Assembly: GCA_946488855.1 (NCBI GenBank) | Contig: CAMLWC010000003.1 | Span: 3,349-67,348, forward strand | From: an uncultured Mycoplasmatota bacterium | Lineage (GTDB): Bacteria; Bacillota_I; Bacilli_A; RF39; UBA660 | DNA: 64,000 bases | Direction: 5' to 3' | Shown: piece after piece, positions 1 through 10,884 of the stretch | Position numbering within the stretch: the first letter of the stretch is position 1 | Layout: each line of letters opens with the position of its first letter | Made by a program: the position numbers and the translations under genes | Notes under the pieces: model-generated | Told to the model about the DNA's origin: nothing | The model's database searches: none | Seen by the model: only the letters and a program-made list of their open reading frames with translations

Positions 1-1060
1 TAATAAATGATTTTAAACAAAGACTAATTATGAAAATATTAAACAAATATATATATCTAAAATTATATCCTATTGGTGAAGATAAGGCATGCCAAAAATT
101 ATCAAAAGGTATAAAAATAATATTTAAAACTAAAATTAAAATAAATATTCCTGATAATATTTTTTCTTTCTTATCTATTTTTTTATTGATGAAATAAAAT
201 AATAATAATATTATATTAAAAATTCCAATATATAAATACGGATGATAATAATTAAGTATACCTCTTTCAATGTTAGAACCAACAAATAATTTAGATAAAA
301 CTCCTAATATATCTGTATTAAATAAATAATCTTTAGCACTATTTCTTTCTATTTTTATAAGTTCTAGTAAATTAGGAATATGTAAAAACATTGTCATTAA
401 GCCAAATAAAATAGAAATAATTATAAATATTTTTATTGTTCTTTTATCTTTATTATTTAATAAATATTTATATATGAAGTATAGAGTTCCAAATAAACAG
501 CACATATATCCCATATAATAATTAGATAATATAATTAAAAACAGAGTTATTCCATATAATAAATATTTTTTTTCTTTAATTATTTTGTCAATTCCTAATA
601 ATAATAAAGGACTTAATAAATAAGCATCTAACCACATAAATTGAAAGTAATTAGCTAAACTATAAAAAGATAAAGCATAAGAAGTTGAAAAAATTAATAT
701 ATATTTACTTTTATAATTATATTTTAAATAATTATATATAGTTAAACCGCATAAACTTATTTTAACTAAAACAGTTATAATTAAAAATAATTCAATATTA
801 TTAAAAAATTTAACTAATAAATTAGTTATTGGACCTAAATAATAGGCAATAGTTGTAATCATTGAAGTTCCTAATCCAATTTGAAAAGAATAAAATGAAC
901 CGTTATCTAATAGTTGTTTTAAATATACAAACGCCTGATAATATTGATATTGTGAATCACTATATAAAATTGAATTTTCACCGAATATAAAATTATTTAT
1001 TGTAAATAGAATAACCAAACAAATAAAAGGAATTAAAAAAGATAAAAATTGTTTTTTCAT
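1..1060 (-). CDS. YfhO-like polytopic membrane protein (putative glycosyltransferase), N-terminal part; ORF runs off the window start
   Basis: ATG at 1060-1058 has AAGGAG 7 nt upstream. The frame stays open to position 1, which explains its absence from the ORF track. Translation is MKKQFLSFLIPFICLVILFTINNFIFGENSILYSDSQYQYYQAF... and is strongly hydrophobic with multiple TM segments. The YfhO resemblance is recognised from memory only. Confidence 0.4.
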   Translation of the reverse strand, partial: MKKQFLSFLIPFICLVILFTINNFIFGENSILYSDSQYQYYQAFVYLKQLLDNGSFYSFQIGLGTSMITTIAYYLGPITNLLVKFFNNIELFLIITVLVKISLCGLTIYNYLKYNYKSKYILIFSTSYALSFYSLANYFQFMWLDAYLLSPLLLLGIDKIIKEKKYLLYGITLFLIILSNYYMGYMCCLFGTLYFIYKYLLNNKDKRTIKIFIIISILFGLMTMFLHIPNLLELIKIERNSAKDYLFNTDILGVLSKLFVGSNIERGILNYYHPYLYIGIFNIILLLFYFINKKIDKKEKILSGIFILILVLNIIFIPFDNFWHALSSPIGYNFRYIYLFNIFIISLCLKSFI

Positions 1061-1117
1061 AAACAAACTCCTTTATATGAAAAAAGCTTCACAAATTGTG
1101 AAGCAATTTTATTTTTA

Positions 1118-1525
1118 CTATTGAAGTGTAGTTGTTTTAGTACCAGATTCAGGAATAACACTACCAGTAACAGTATATTTATATCCATTTGAAAGTACAG
1201 AGAAAGTATATTTTCCATCTGATACAGTTACATCAGTAACTTTAGCATTTCCTAAGTTAACCATTGTTGCTACATCAGCTGCTGTTATTGAACCTTTTCC
1301 AGAACATTTTGCAGCTGAAGCTTGTACAGATCCCATTTGAACTTTCATATCTTCAGTTGCACAGTAACTTTGAATACCACTTAAAATCATACTAGTTTCT
1401 GATTTAGCAGCTGATTTTCGAGCATCTTCAACAACATCCAAAATAATAGGTGTTGCGATTAAAGCTACGATTGCTAAAATGATAATAACTGCTAACAATT
1501 CGATTAAAGTAAAACCTTTTTTCAT
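1118..1525 (-). CDS. Type IV pilin / ComGC-like pseudopilin (prepilin-type N-terminal methylation domain)
   Basis: Start moved to the ATG after a GGTGGTGA RBS, giving MKKGFTLIELLAVIIILAIVALIATPIIL. This is the class III signal G|FTLIE with Glu at +5 followed by a hydrophobic helix. A Cys pair (YCATEDMK...KCSGKG) lies in the C-terminal half. Confidence 0.85.
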   Translation of the reverse strand: MKKGFTLIELLAVIIILAIVALIATPIILDVVEDARKSAAKSETSMILSGIQSYCATEDMKVQMGSVQASAAKCSGKGSITAADVATMVNLGNAKVTDVTVSDGKYTFSVLSNGYKYTVTGSVIPESGTKTTTLQ

Positions 1526-1558
1526 TAATCTCACCACCTTACTTTTCTAACTATTTTC

Positions 1559-1587
1559 ATTATACCTTTTTTTTAAATTTAAGTCAA
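1559..1587 (-). promoter_or_regulatory. Consensus sigma-A type promoter for the downstream pilin gene (TTGACT-17 nt-TATAAT)
   Basis: The minus strand reads TTGACTtaaatttaaaaaaaaggTATAAT. The -35 box is at 1587-1582 and the -10 box at 1564-1559, with an exact 17-nt spacer, about 30 nt upstream of the RBS. Confidence 0.55.
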
Positions 1588-1607
1588 TTAATTGTGTAAA
1601 TTAAATG

Positions 1608-1636
1608 AAAAAAAGTCAAAATATTATTCTGACTTT
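1608..1636 (-). terminator. Weak hairpin between the two pilin genes (possible terminator/attenuator)
   Basis: AAAGTCA (1612-1618) pairs with TGACTTT (1630-1636) across an 11-nt loop. It overlaps the stop of the upstream pilin gene and is followed on the minus strand by a short T-run. Confidence 0.3.
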
Positions 1637-2013
1637 GTTGGGTCTGCCCAAGTTCCTCCTGTCATAACAACTTTATAATTATTACTAATAACAGTAATTG
1701 CAGTTACTCTACCATCAGCAAAAGTTGGATTTCCTTCTAATGTAGCATTTCCCATATTTACCATAGTAGCAACTTCTGCACTTGTCACACCATCAGCACA
1801 TATATCAGTGTAGCTATCATCTATTTGAGCTTTCATTTCAGAGGTTGCACAAAAATTATTTATACCGCTTACTATAACATTTGCTTCAGATGCAGCTGCA
1901 CTTTTTCTAGCATCATCAACAACATCTAATATAATTGGAGTTGCGATTAAGGCTACAATTGCTAAAATGATAATAACAGCTAATAATTCTATTAATGTAA
2001 AACCTTTTTTCAT
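1624..2013 (-). CDS. Type IV pilin / ComGC-like pseudopilin, tandem paralog
   Basis: MKKGFTLIELLAVIIILAIVALIATPIIL is identical to the neighbour's N-terminus. The 5' ~100 nt are nearly identical at DNA level and the C-terminal half has diverged, with a Cys pair (FCATSEMK...ICADG). Confidence 0.85.
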   Translation of the reverse strand: MKKGFTLIELLAVIIILAIVALIATPIILDVVDDARKSAAASEANVIVSGINNFCATSEMKAQIDDSYTDICADGVTSAEVATMVNMGNATLEGNPTFADGRVTAITVISNNYKVVMTGGTWADPTKSE

Positions 2014-2067
2014 CAAATTCACCACCTTTTATCTTTATTTTGGGCAAAATTAGATAAAATATGTGAA

Positions 2068-4574
<2,507 letters not shown>

Positions 4575-4581
<7 letters not shown>

Positions 4582-5318
4582 AACTTTTCCCTCTTTTTCA
4601 TATATTTTTTAATAACCAATTTTATTTTACTTAACTTAAAATAATTTTTCTTATTTTTATTAATTACTCGATCAATAAACAAATTAACATATTTTTTTTC
4701 ATTTAAATAATGATATGACCAATTAAAATTAATATCGTAAACTAATCCTATTAGTAATAGATAAAAATCTAAATCATTTTTTCTTTCTTCATAATCTATT
4801 TTACATTTTATTAAACGATGATAAATCTTATCATTAATTTTAGCATCTACTGTTTTAACTTCTAAATTTGTCCAAATATAATAAATATCTATTTTATCTG
4901 CATCTCTTATTATTTTAGCAAATAAAATCTCTCGTTCAGTTAAATTATCTTCAATAAATGTTTTATTATGAAGTAAAATAGCTTTTTTTACTAATTTTTG
5001 GACTTCTTCATCTTCAACAAATTGGTCAATATCAAATTCTTCTAATAATTGAACTCCTAATACTGCATGATCGACACTTATTCTATCATCAAATGTATCA
5101 TATATTTTTATTTGTTCAAACCTACCAAAATCATGTAATAATCCAATCATTTCAGCTATTTCAACATCTTCTTTAGGTAATTTTAAATATAAAGCAATTT
5201 TTTTACATAATTCACAAACTCTTAAAGAATGATCATATTTTAATTTTATTTTATCATCATCTAAATTATAATTTTCAACATATTTTTCAAATATTTTTTT
5301 TGCCTTTTCTATATTCAT
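4575..5318 (-). CDS. HD-domain metal-dependent phosphohydrolase
   Basis: H...HD signature (DHSLRV ... [12 protein letters not shown] ... RDADKIDIY). Its stop overlaps the valS start by 7 nt, and it lies directly downstream of a T-box leader. Confidence 0.7.
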
Positions 5319-5332
5319 AAAAATCCTCCATT

Positions 5333-5527
5333 AAAAAATCACATCCTAATAAGGACGTGATTGAACGTGGTACCACCTTAATTTGTAGAAAAATCTACCT
5401 TGAAAGACTATAACGCATCACCTTTTAGCTCAAAAGACTACTTCATTAAAGATTATTAAATGTTTCCATCAACCACATTCTCTCTCTAAATAATTACTTT
5501 AACTACTCCTTCTCCATCAACGCTGTT
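5333..5527 (-). promoter_or_regulatory. T-box riboswitch leader (Val-type candidate) controlling the HD gene and valS
   Basis: The minus strand carries the conserved T-box sequence AATTAAGGTGGTACCACG (5383-5366). It is followed by the terminator hairpin TCACGTCC-ttatta-GGATGTGA and a T-run (5360-5333). Upstream are an AGAGAGAG element and GTGGTTGATGGAAAC. The candidate specifier region GAAGUAGUC contains the Val codons GUA and GUC. Confidence 0.8.
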
Positions 5528-5593
5528 TATATAATAACATATTTTAATTTTTTAGACAATATTTAAATAACCAAAATTTTTATTTATTTCCAA

Positions 5594-6319
5594 TTAAACA
5601 TTTAATTTATTTAAATTTTTAATAAATTTTTTACTTTTTAAATAAAGTCCAGTATATCTTTCATAATATTCATCTAAAAATATATTAATTTCATTTTTAG
5701 CTTGCTTACTAACTTCTAATTTAGTTATTTTAGATATATCAACATAATAATACATTCTTAACAATTTAATTGTTTTTTCTGATACTATTCTTTCATTAGT
5801 ATAACATTTACTACAAATATAACCATCGTTAGATAATGTTTTAATTAATGTACTGCCACATTTTGAGCATCTATCTAATATTGGCATAACCCCTAAATAA
5901 TCTAAATATTTAAGTTCTAAAATATTCATAATAACTAAGGAATCATAATCTTCATTTATTTTTATCAAACCGCTAATTAACAAATCATATACTTCATATC
6001 TCATACTATGTTTTATAACTTGTCCAGTTAATTCTAATAAATAACTTGCATAACTTATTTTTGATATATCATTTTTTATATTTTTAAAATTATCAATTAT
6101 ATCAACACTAGATAAAGTTGATAATTTATCTTTTTTATAATATATATAAAATTTACCATATGTCAGTTTATCAGTTACACTTCGTAAATTACTTTTTAAA
6201 CTTTTACATCCTTTTGCTATAACACCTATTATTCCATATTCTTTAGTTATAACATTAAGTATTTTACTTGTTTCACCATAATCTTGATTATTTAAAATAA
6301 TTCCTTCAACTTCAATCAT
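5594..6319 (-). CDS. recO: DNA repair protein RecO
   Basis: N-terminal OB-fold region MIEVEGIILNNQDYGETSKIL.. plus a zinc-finger CSKCGS...CSKC. It sits in the era-yqzL-recO synteny. Confidence 0.85.
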   Translation of the reverse strand: MIEVEGIILNNQDYGETSKILNVITKEYGIIGVIAKGCKSLKSNLRSVTDKLTYGKFYIYYKKDKLSTLSSVDIIDNFKNIKNDISKISYASYLLELTGQVIKHSMRYEVYDLLISGLIKINEDYDSLVIMNILELKYLDYLGVMPILDRCSKCGSTLIKTLSNDGYICSKCYTNERIVSEKTIKLLRMYYYVDISKITKLEVSKQAKNEINIFLDEYYERYTGLYLKSKKFIKNLNKLNV

Positions 6320-6548
6320 TTTTAATCAACTCAAAACGATATTCTTGAGTAACATCAGGATATTTATTTTTATCAACTTTAGATACAAATTCTTCATATG
6401 GTCTTACCCAACATTCATCATTATCTAAATGTCTATAAACAACCATTTTTTCTAATGTTTCTGAATGTTTAGCTAAAGCAATTACTTTAACCTTAATATT
6501 TTTAAAATGTTTATATGTACAACCTACAGCAACTTCCAAATTAATCAC
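6312..6548 (-). CDS. DUF1653-family small protein
   Basis: YKHFKN...AKHSETLEKMVVYRHL...WVRPYEEF matches the DUF1653 pattern (YRHYKG..HSET..VVY..WVRP..F). The start is GTG. Confidence 0.6.
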   Translation of the reverse strand: MINLEVAVGCTYKHFKNIKVKVIALAKHSETLEKMVVYRHLDNDECWVRPYEEFVSKVDKNKYPDVTQEYRFELIKND

Positions 6549-6624
6549 CTGCTTTTTTATATTTTATATAATATTCAATTTTCCCCGTTTTTTTAAATAG
6601 TTGCCACAATATCTCTTTTTTCAT
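6541..6624 (-). CDS. yqzL: YqzL-like micro-protein (27 aa), absent from the ORF track
   Basis: ATG at 6624 follows a GGAGA RBS. Translation is MKKEILWQLFKKTGKIEYYIKYKKAGD. The W..F..TG.I..Y pattern and the position between era and recO match Bacillus yqzL. Confidence 0.5.
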   Translation of the reverse strand: MKKEILWQLFKKTGKIEYYIKYKKAGD

Positions 6625-6673
6625 TTTATCATCTCCATTAATATTGTGTTTATCTAATTTAAATTTTATTCAA

Positions 6674-7561
6674 TTATTCTAAAAAATCTTTAAATCCAAA
6701 TTCTTGTAAATATTTTTCTTTATCACGCCAATTTTTAATTGTTTTAACAAACAACTCCAAATAAACCTTTTTTTCCAATAATTCTTCTAAATCTTTTCGT
6801 GATTCAATTCCAATTTCTTTAATCATATTTCCTTGTTTGCCTATTATAATTTTTTTAAGTGAATCTCTATCAACTATAATGGCAACATTAATACTATAGT
6901 TATTTTTTTCTTTTTTTATTTGTTCCACCACACAAGTAACAGAATGTGGTACTTCTTCATTTGTTAAATTAAAAACTTTTTCTCTAACTATTTCAGATAT
7001 CAAAAATTCTAATCTTTTATTAGTATATACATCATCTTCAAAATATTTAATATTGTCTGGTAAATATTTTTTTAAAACTTCAATTAATGTTTTGATATTA
7101 TCTTTTTTTAAAGCTGATAAAGGAATTATTTCTTCAAAATGATATAAATCTTTGTATTCATCAATTTTTAATAAAATTTGTTCTTTTTTAATTTTATCAA
7201 TTTTATTTAAAATTAAAATGACTGGTTTATTTAATTCTTTTAATTTTTCAATTATATATAAATCACCTTTACCTAAAGATTCACTAGCATCAACTAAAAA
7301 TACTACTACATCAACATCATCAATACTATAATAAGCCTGTTTATTTAAATATTTGCCTAATTTATATTTAGGTTTATGAATTCCTGGAGTATCTACAAAT
7401 ACAATTTGTGACTCATTATCATTATATATACCTTCAATAATATTTCTAGTAGTTTGTGGTTTATCTGATGTAATAGCAACTTTTTTACCAATAATACTAT
7501 TTAATAATGTACTTTTTCCTACATTTGGTCTTCCTATTAAACTTACAAATCCACTTTTCAT
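6674..7561 (-). CDS. era: GTPase Era
   Basis: G1 motif GRPNVGKST, G3 motif DTPG, G4 motif NKID, and a C-terminal KH domain (KIIIGKQGNMIKEIG). Confidence 0.95.
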   Translation of the reverse strand: MKSGFVSLIGRPNVGKSTLLNSIIGKKVAITSDKPQTTRNIIEGIYNDNESQIVFVDTPGIHKPKYKLGKYLNKQAYYSIDDVDVVVFLVDASESLGKGDLYIIEKLKELNKPVILILNKIDKIKKEQILLKIDEYKDLYHFEEIIPLSALKKDNIKTLIEVLKKYLPDNIKYFEDDVYTNKRLEFLISEIVREKVFNLTNEEVPHSVTCVVEQIKKEKNNYSINVAIIVDRDSLKKIIIGKQGNMIKEIGIESRKDLEELLEKKVYLELFVKTIKNWRDKEKYLQEFGFKDFLE

Positions 7562-7564
7562 AAT

Positions 7565-8005
7565 TCACCTCATAATGCCAAATTCATTTAACAAATCCTC
7601 TTGTTTTTTAAACATAATCTCTTCTTCTTCTTTAATCATATGATCATATCCTAATAAATGTAATAATCCATGAATAGTTAAGAAAGATAATTCTCTCAAA
7701 AATGAATGATTATATAAATCAGCTTGTTCATAAGTTTTATCTAATGAAATATAAATATCTCCTAATACTCTAAAATCTAATTTAATATTATCAACTTCAT
7801 CTTCTAGAGCAAAACTTATAACATCTGTTGGTCTATCAATTCCTCTATATTCTTTATTTAATTTGTGAATATATTCATTATCGACAATAATTATATTAAA
7901 TAAACAATTTTCTAATTTTTCTTTTTTAACAACAAAATTTAAAAAATCATTTATTTGTTCTAATTCTTTAATATTTTCATTTGTTTCATTTATTATTTCA
8001 AACAT
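7565..8005 (-). CDS. ybeY: rRNA maturation endoribonuclease YbeY
   Basis: Zinc motif HGLLHLLGYDH. 146 aa, located upstream of era. Confidence 0.9.
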   Translation of the reverse strand: MFEIINETNENIKELEQINDFLNFVVKKEKLENCLFNIIIVDNEYIHKLNKEYRGIDRPTDVISFALEDEVDNIKLDFRVLGDIYISLDKTYEQADLYNHSFLRELSFLTIHGLLHLLGYDHMIKEEEEIMFKKQEDLLNEFGIMR

Positions 8006-8591
8006 AAAGCGCTCCTAACATATATACTAAAATAAATACTAATATAACACTAATAATTATATTATAAATAAAGTCTTTTTTCAAGAATTTAATTTTATAA
8101 ATAATTTTAAAAATAAAATAACCAAATAATCCACCAATAATATTTAAAAATATATCATCTATATCAAAAACTCTACCAATTAATAATTGTGTAGTTTCGA
8201 TTGTAATAGATGTTAATAAGGTTAATAAAAAAATAGAATAAAATTTTTTTAATTTTAAAAAATATGAAGTAAAAAAACCAAATGGAATAAACATTAACAT
8301 ATTACCAACAACATTTTTAAAAAATAATTTTGTTCCAAATTCATATCTTAACATTTCTTTAAATGGAATAAAATTAGAGCTTGACCAACTAACATCTTGA
8401 AAAGTAACCACTTCAAATAAAGCAATTACATACATAATAAAACCTAACATTAATATTTCTTTATAAAATTTAAATTTAACTTTATTTTTGATTAAATAAG
8501 TTATTCTTAAAGAAATTATAATTACACAACAAATAAGTAAACTAGGCCATATATCGAATATTATTTCTCTTATACTATCTTGAAACATCAT
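7998..8591 (-). CDS. VanZ-family membrane protein
   Basis: Multi-TM protein with NVVGNMLMFIPFGFF and ETTQLLIGRVFDIDDIFLNIIGGLFGY motifs, typical of VanZ-like proteins. Confidence 0.65.
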   Translation of the reverse strand: MMFQDSIREIIFDIWPSLLICCVIIISLRITYLIKNKVKFKFYKEILMLGFIMYVIALFEVVTFQDVSWSSSNFIPFKEMLRYEFGTKLFFKNVVGNMLMFIPFGFFTSYFLKLKKFYSIFLLTLLTSITIETTQLLIGRVFDIDDIFLNIIGGLFGYFIFKIIYKIKFLKKDFIYNIIISVILVFILVYMLGALYV

Positions 8592-9730
8592 TCACCTTCT
8601 ATCTTGCTATATTCAGTAATATTTTCATAAACTGTGAAAAATACATTTACAATTACTTTATCATCTTCAACACTAGAATTTAACACTTTATAATTTATTA
8701 TTTTTTCATCATCACTTAAATTTTCATTCATTTTTTTTATTGCTTCTTCTATAGCTTTATCATTAGCTTCCTCACTAGTTAACAACAATGATATTGTTTC
8801 TAATTCTTGTTGTTTTTGTTTAACTAAAGAAATTGGTAATATATTATGTTTTAAAATAATTGTTTCTTCCTTCTTTTTATCTTTAAATTTATTAAAAGTA
8901 AATTCAATTTCTTTATTAAATAATTTTAATACATAAACATCTTGAAAATTATTTTTTTCTTTTATTTCGCTATAAACATATGGATACGCAACGCTAACAT
9001 TATACCATACCTCACCATATACAATCCCATCAGCTTTAATAGTATCTTTTACTTCTTCATTTAAATAGATATTACCAGATATAATAATATCTCCTTTATT
9101 AACATATGTATTAAGATCTTTAATGACTTCACCATTTTTAGCAATTATCTTTTTTATAACTGCACTTTTACCAGCTATAACATTTTGTTTTTCGTAACTT
9201 ACTTCATTATCAGGAATAATTCTTGGTTCTATTCTAACTATATAACTAGTACCACTTTCCTCTATTTCCAACCATTCTATTTTATCTTGATATTTATTTA
9301 ATATATCATTTTTTATATTTTGAATTTCATCATAATTTTTTTTAAACTTATATTTTTTTATATCGTAAGTTTCTAATTCATTTAAAATGAAATTTCTTAA
9401 ATCTTTATCATTATGAATAACTTCAACATTAAAAATAACATTACTTAAAAATAACAAAATAAATATTCCTAATATAATAAAAATTATTATATACTTATAT
9501 ATATTAATAACTTCTCTTAATTTAATTATACCATAAATATTTACTAAATTAATATCATAAATTGTTTTTAATTCTAATAACTTTTCATAATCTTTTTTAT
9601 AAATTATTATATTTATTTCATTATACTTTATATATTCTATTTTTAATAAATCAATATTATTAGATTTTAATCTTTTAATAAATCTTTCAACATTTTTTCC
9701 TTTTACATTTAATTTAATTTTACTTGTCAT
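8588..9730 (-). CDS. yqfD: Sporulation protein YqfD
   Basis: 380 aa with a single central TM segment. The N-terminus KLNVKGKNVERFIKRL.. and the position downstream of yqfC match Bacillus/Clostridium yqfD. Confidence 0.8.
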   Translation of the reverse strand: MTSKIKLNVKGKNVERFIKRLKSNNIDLLKIEYIKYNEINIIIYKKDYEKLLELKTIYDINLVNIYGIIKLREVINIYKYIIIFIILGIFILLFLSNVIFNVEVIHNDKDLRNFILNELETYDIKKYKFKKNYDEIQNIKNDILNKYQDKIEWLEIEESGTSYIVRIEPRIIPDNEVSYEKQNVIAGKSAVIKKIIAKNGEVIKDLNTYVNKGDIIISGNIYLNEEVKDTIKADGIVYGEVWYNVSVAYPYVYSEIKEKNNFQDVYVLKLFNKEIEFTFNKFKDKKKEETIILKHNILPISLVKQKQQELETISLLLTSEEANDKAIEEAIKKMNENLSDDEKIINYKVLNSSVEDDKVIVNVFFTVYENITEYSKIEGE

Positions 9731-9734
9731 TTAA

Positions 9735-9971
9735 TCACCTAAATTCTAATTTATAAATACTACCTTCAATTAACAATTCATCACTTAATAATTTTGAAAC
9801 AACTAAATTTTTACCAGTGATTAAAATACTACCATCTTTATAATTTATTATTATTTTATTACTATCAAAATGAGATATATCATTATAATTTACTATGTCT
9901 AATTTATTAGTTAAATAAATAATTTTGAAATCACTTTCCAATATGTAGTTTCTTAAATTCATTAATCTCAC
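9735..9971 (-). CDS. yqfC: Sporulation protein YqfC (YabP/YqfC family)
   Basis: 78 aa, reading ...IIINYKDGSILITGKNLVVSKLLSDELLIEGSIYKLEF. The YabP-like pattern and synteny with yqfD support the call. Confidence 0.75.
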   Translation of the reverse strand: MRLMNLRNYILESDFKIIYLTNKLDIVNYNDISHFDSNKIIINYKDGSILITGKNLVVSKLLSDELLIEGSIYKLEFR

Positions 9972-10056
9972 CTATTTAATTTTATTATTTTAAATCTAAA
10001 ATTTGACAAAATAAAAAAGATGTGTTAGTATATAACGCACTCAGGGGGAATTTATT

Positions 10057-10212
10057 ATGAGTAATTATGAATTTCAATATAATTTAGATATTGACTCTGC
10101 TATTATCATAGCTAATATCAAAAATGATAATGAAGAAAAAGAAGAAGTTGTTGAAGAAGAATATATTTATTTAGAAAATCCTATTCAACGTATAAATGAA
10201 GTTAACTATTAA
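10057..10212 (+). CDS. Small acidic hypothetical protein (51 aa), absent from the ORF track
   Basis: AGGGGGA RBS lies 8 nt before the ATG. Translation is MSNYEFQYNLDIDSAIIIANIKNDNEEKEEVVEEEYIYLENPIQRINEVNY, followed immediately by a hairpin terminator. Confidence 0.35.
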   Translation: MSNYEFQYNLDIDSAIIIANIKNDNEEKEEVVEEEYIYLENPIQRINEVNY

Positions 10213-10236
10213 AATGCTTTTACAGCATTTTTTATT
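10212..10236. terminator. Hairpin terminator between convergent genes
   Basis: AAATGCT (10212-10218) pairs with AGCATTT (10224-10230) and is followed by a T-run. It sits between the + strand micro-ORF and the - strand ylbE-like gene. Confidence 0.55.
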
Positions 10237-10447
10237 TTGTAAATAATGTTTGCAACATTTCAAAAGTATCTATTGCCCTACTTATTTTATCAGTTGGTCG
10301 TAATTTATATACATTTTTAACTTCTTCTTCAAATAATTTAAAATTATTAGGATCTCTATTTAAATATTTATACCAATTAGAATTTTCTCTTAAATATCTA
10401 AGGTAATATTTATTACTTTTTATTTTATACTGAATATCTATATTCAT
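10232..10447 (-). CDS. YlbE-like protein
   Basis: 71 aa. YYLRYLRENSNWYKYLNRDPNNFKLFEEEVK resembles Bacillus YlbE (LRYQPIWYRKLTRNP..FE). It is adjacent to the ylbD-like gene. Confidence 0.55.
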   Translation of the reverse strand: MNIDIQYKIKSNKYYLRYLRENSNWYKYLNRDPNNFKLFEEEVKNVYKLRPTDKISRAIDTFEMLQTLFTK

Positions 10448-10792
10448 TTAATCCTCAAAATGTTTATAAATAGGTCTTGGTTTATATTCTTCTTTTGGTT
10501 TATCATCCTTACTTGTTAGTTCTTGAACCATACCTAACATTTTTTGAATATTAGCCACACCAGATTGAACACTATCTAAATTAATATTTTTAAGCCAACT
10601 TAATGCATCTATTGCTCCTACAGTTGCAGTTGTTGCAGCAATACCTAAATATTCTTTCCATGCATCTTCATTTTCGCCATATAAATCATATATTTCATAA
10701 AATTTTTGCCAAGAACCTTCACCATTTCTTACATATTTAACTAATTTAGGATTTTTTTTAACAAATTCTTTAAATTCCTCTTTTTTAGACAT
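10448..10792 (-). CDS. YlbD-like (putative spore coat) protein
   Basis: Start moved to the ATG after an AGGTGG RBS. MSKKEEFKEFVKKNPKLVKYVRNGEGSWQKFYEIYDLYGENEDAWKEY resembles the Bacillus YlbD N-terminus. Confidence 0.55.
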   Translation of the reverse strand: MSKKEEFKEFVKKNPKLVKYVRNGEGSWQKFYEIYDLYGENEDAWKEYLGIAATTATVGAIDALSWLKNINLDSVQSGVANIQKMLGMVQELTSKDDKPKEEYKPRPIYKHFED

Positions 10793-10884
10793 TATTACCA
10801 CCTATCATATTTTATGCTTTTAAATTAAAAAATACACTTTATTTATAATTTAGAAATGTGTTATAATAATATAGAGGTGGAGTT

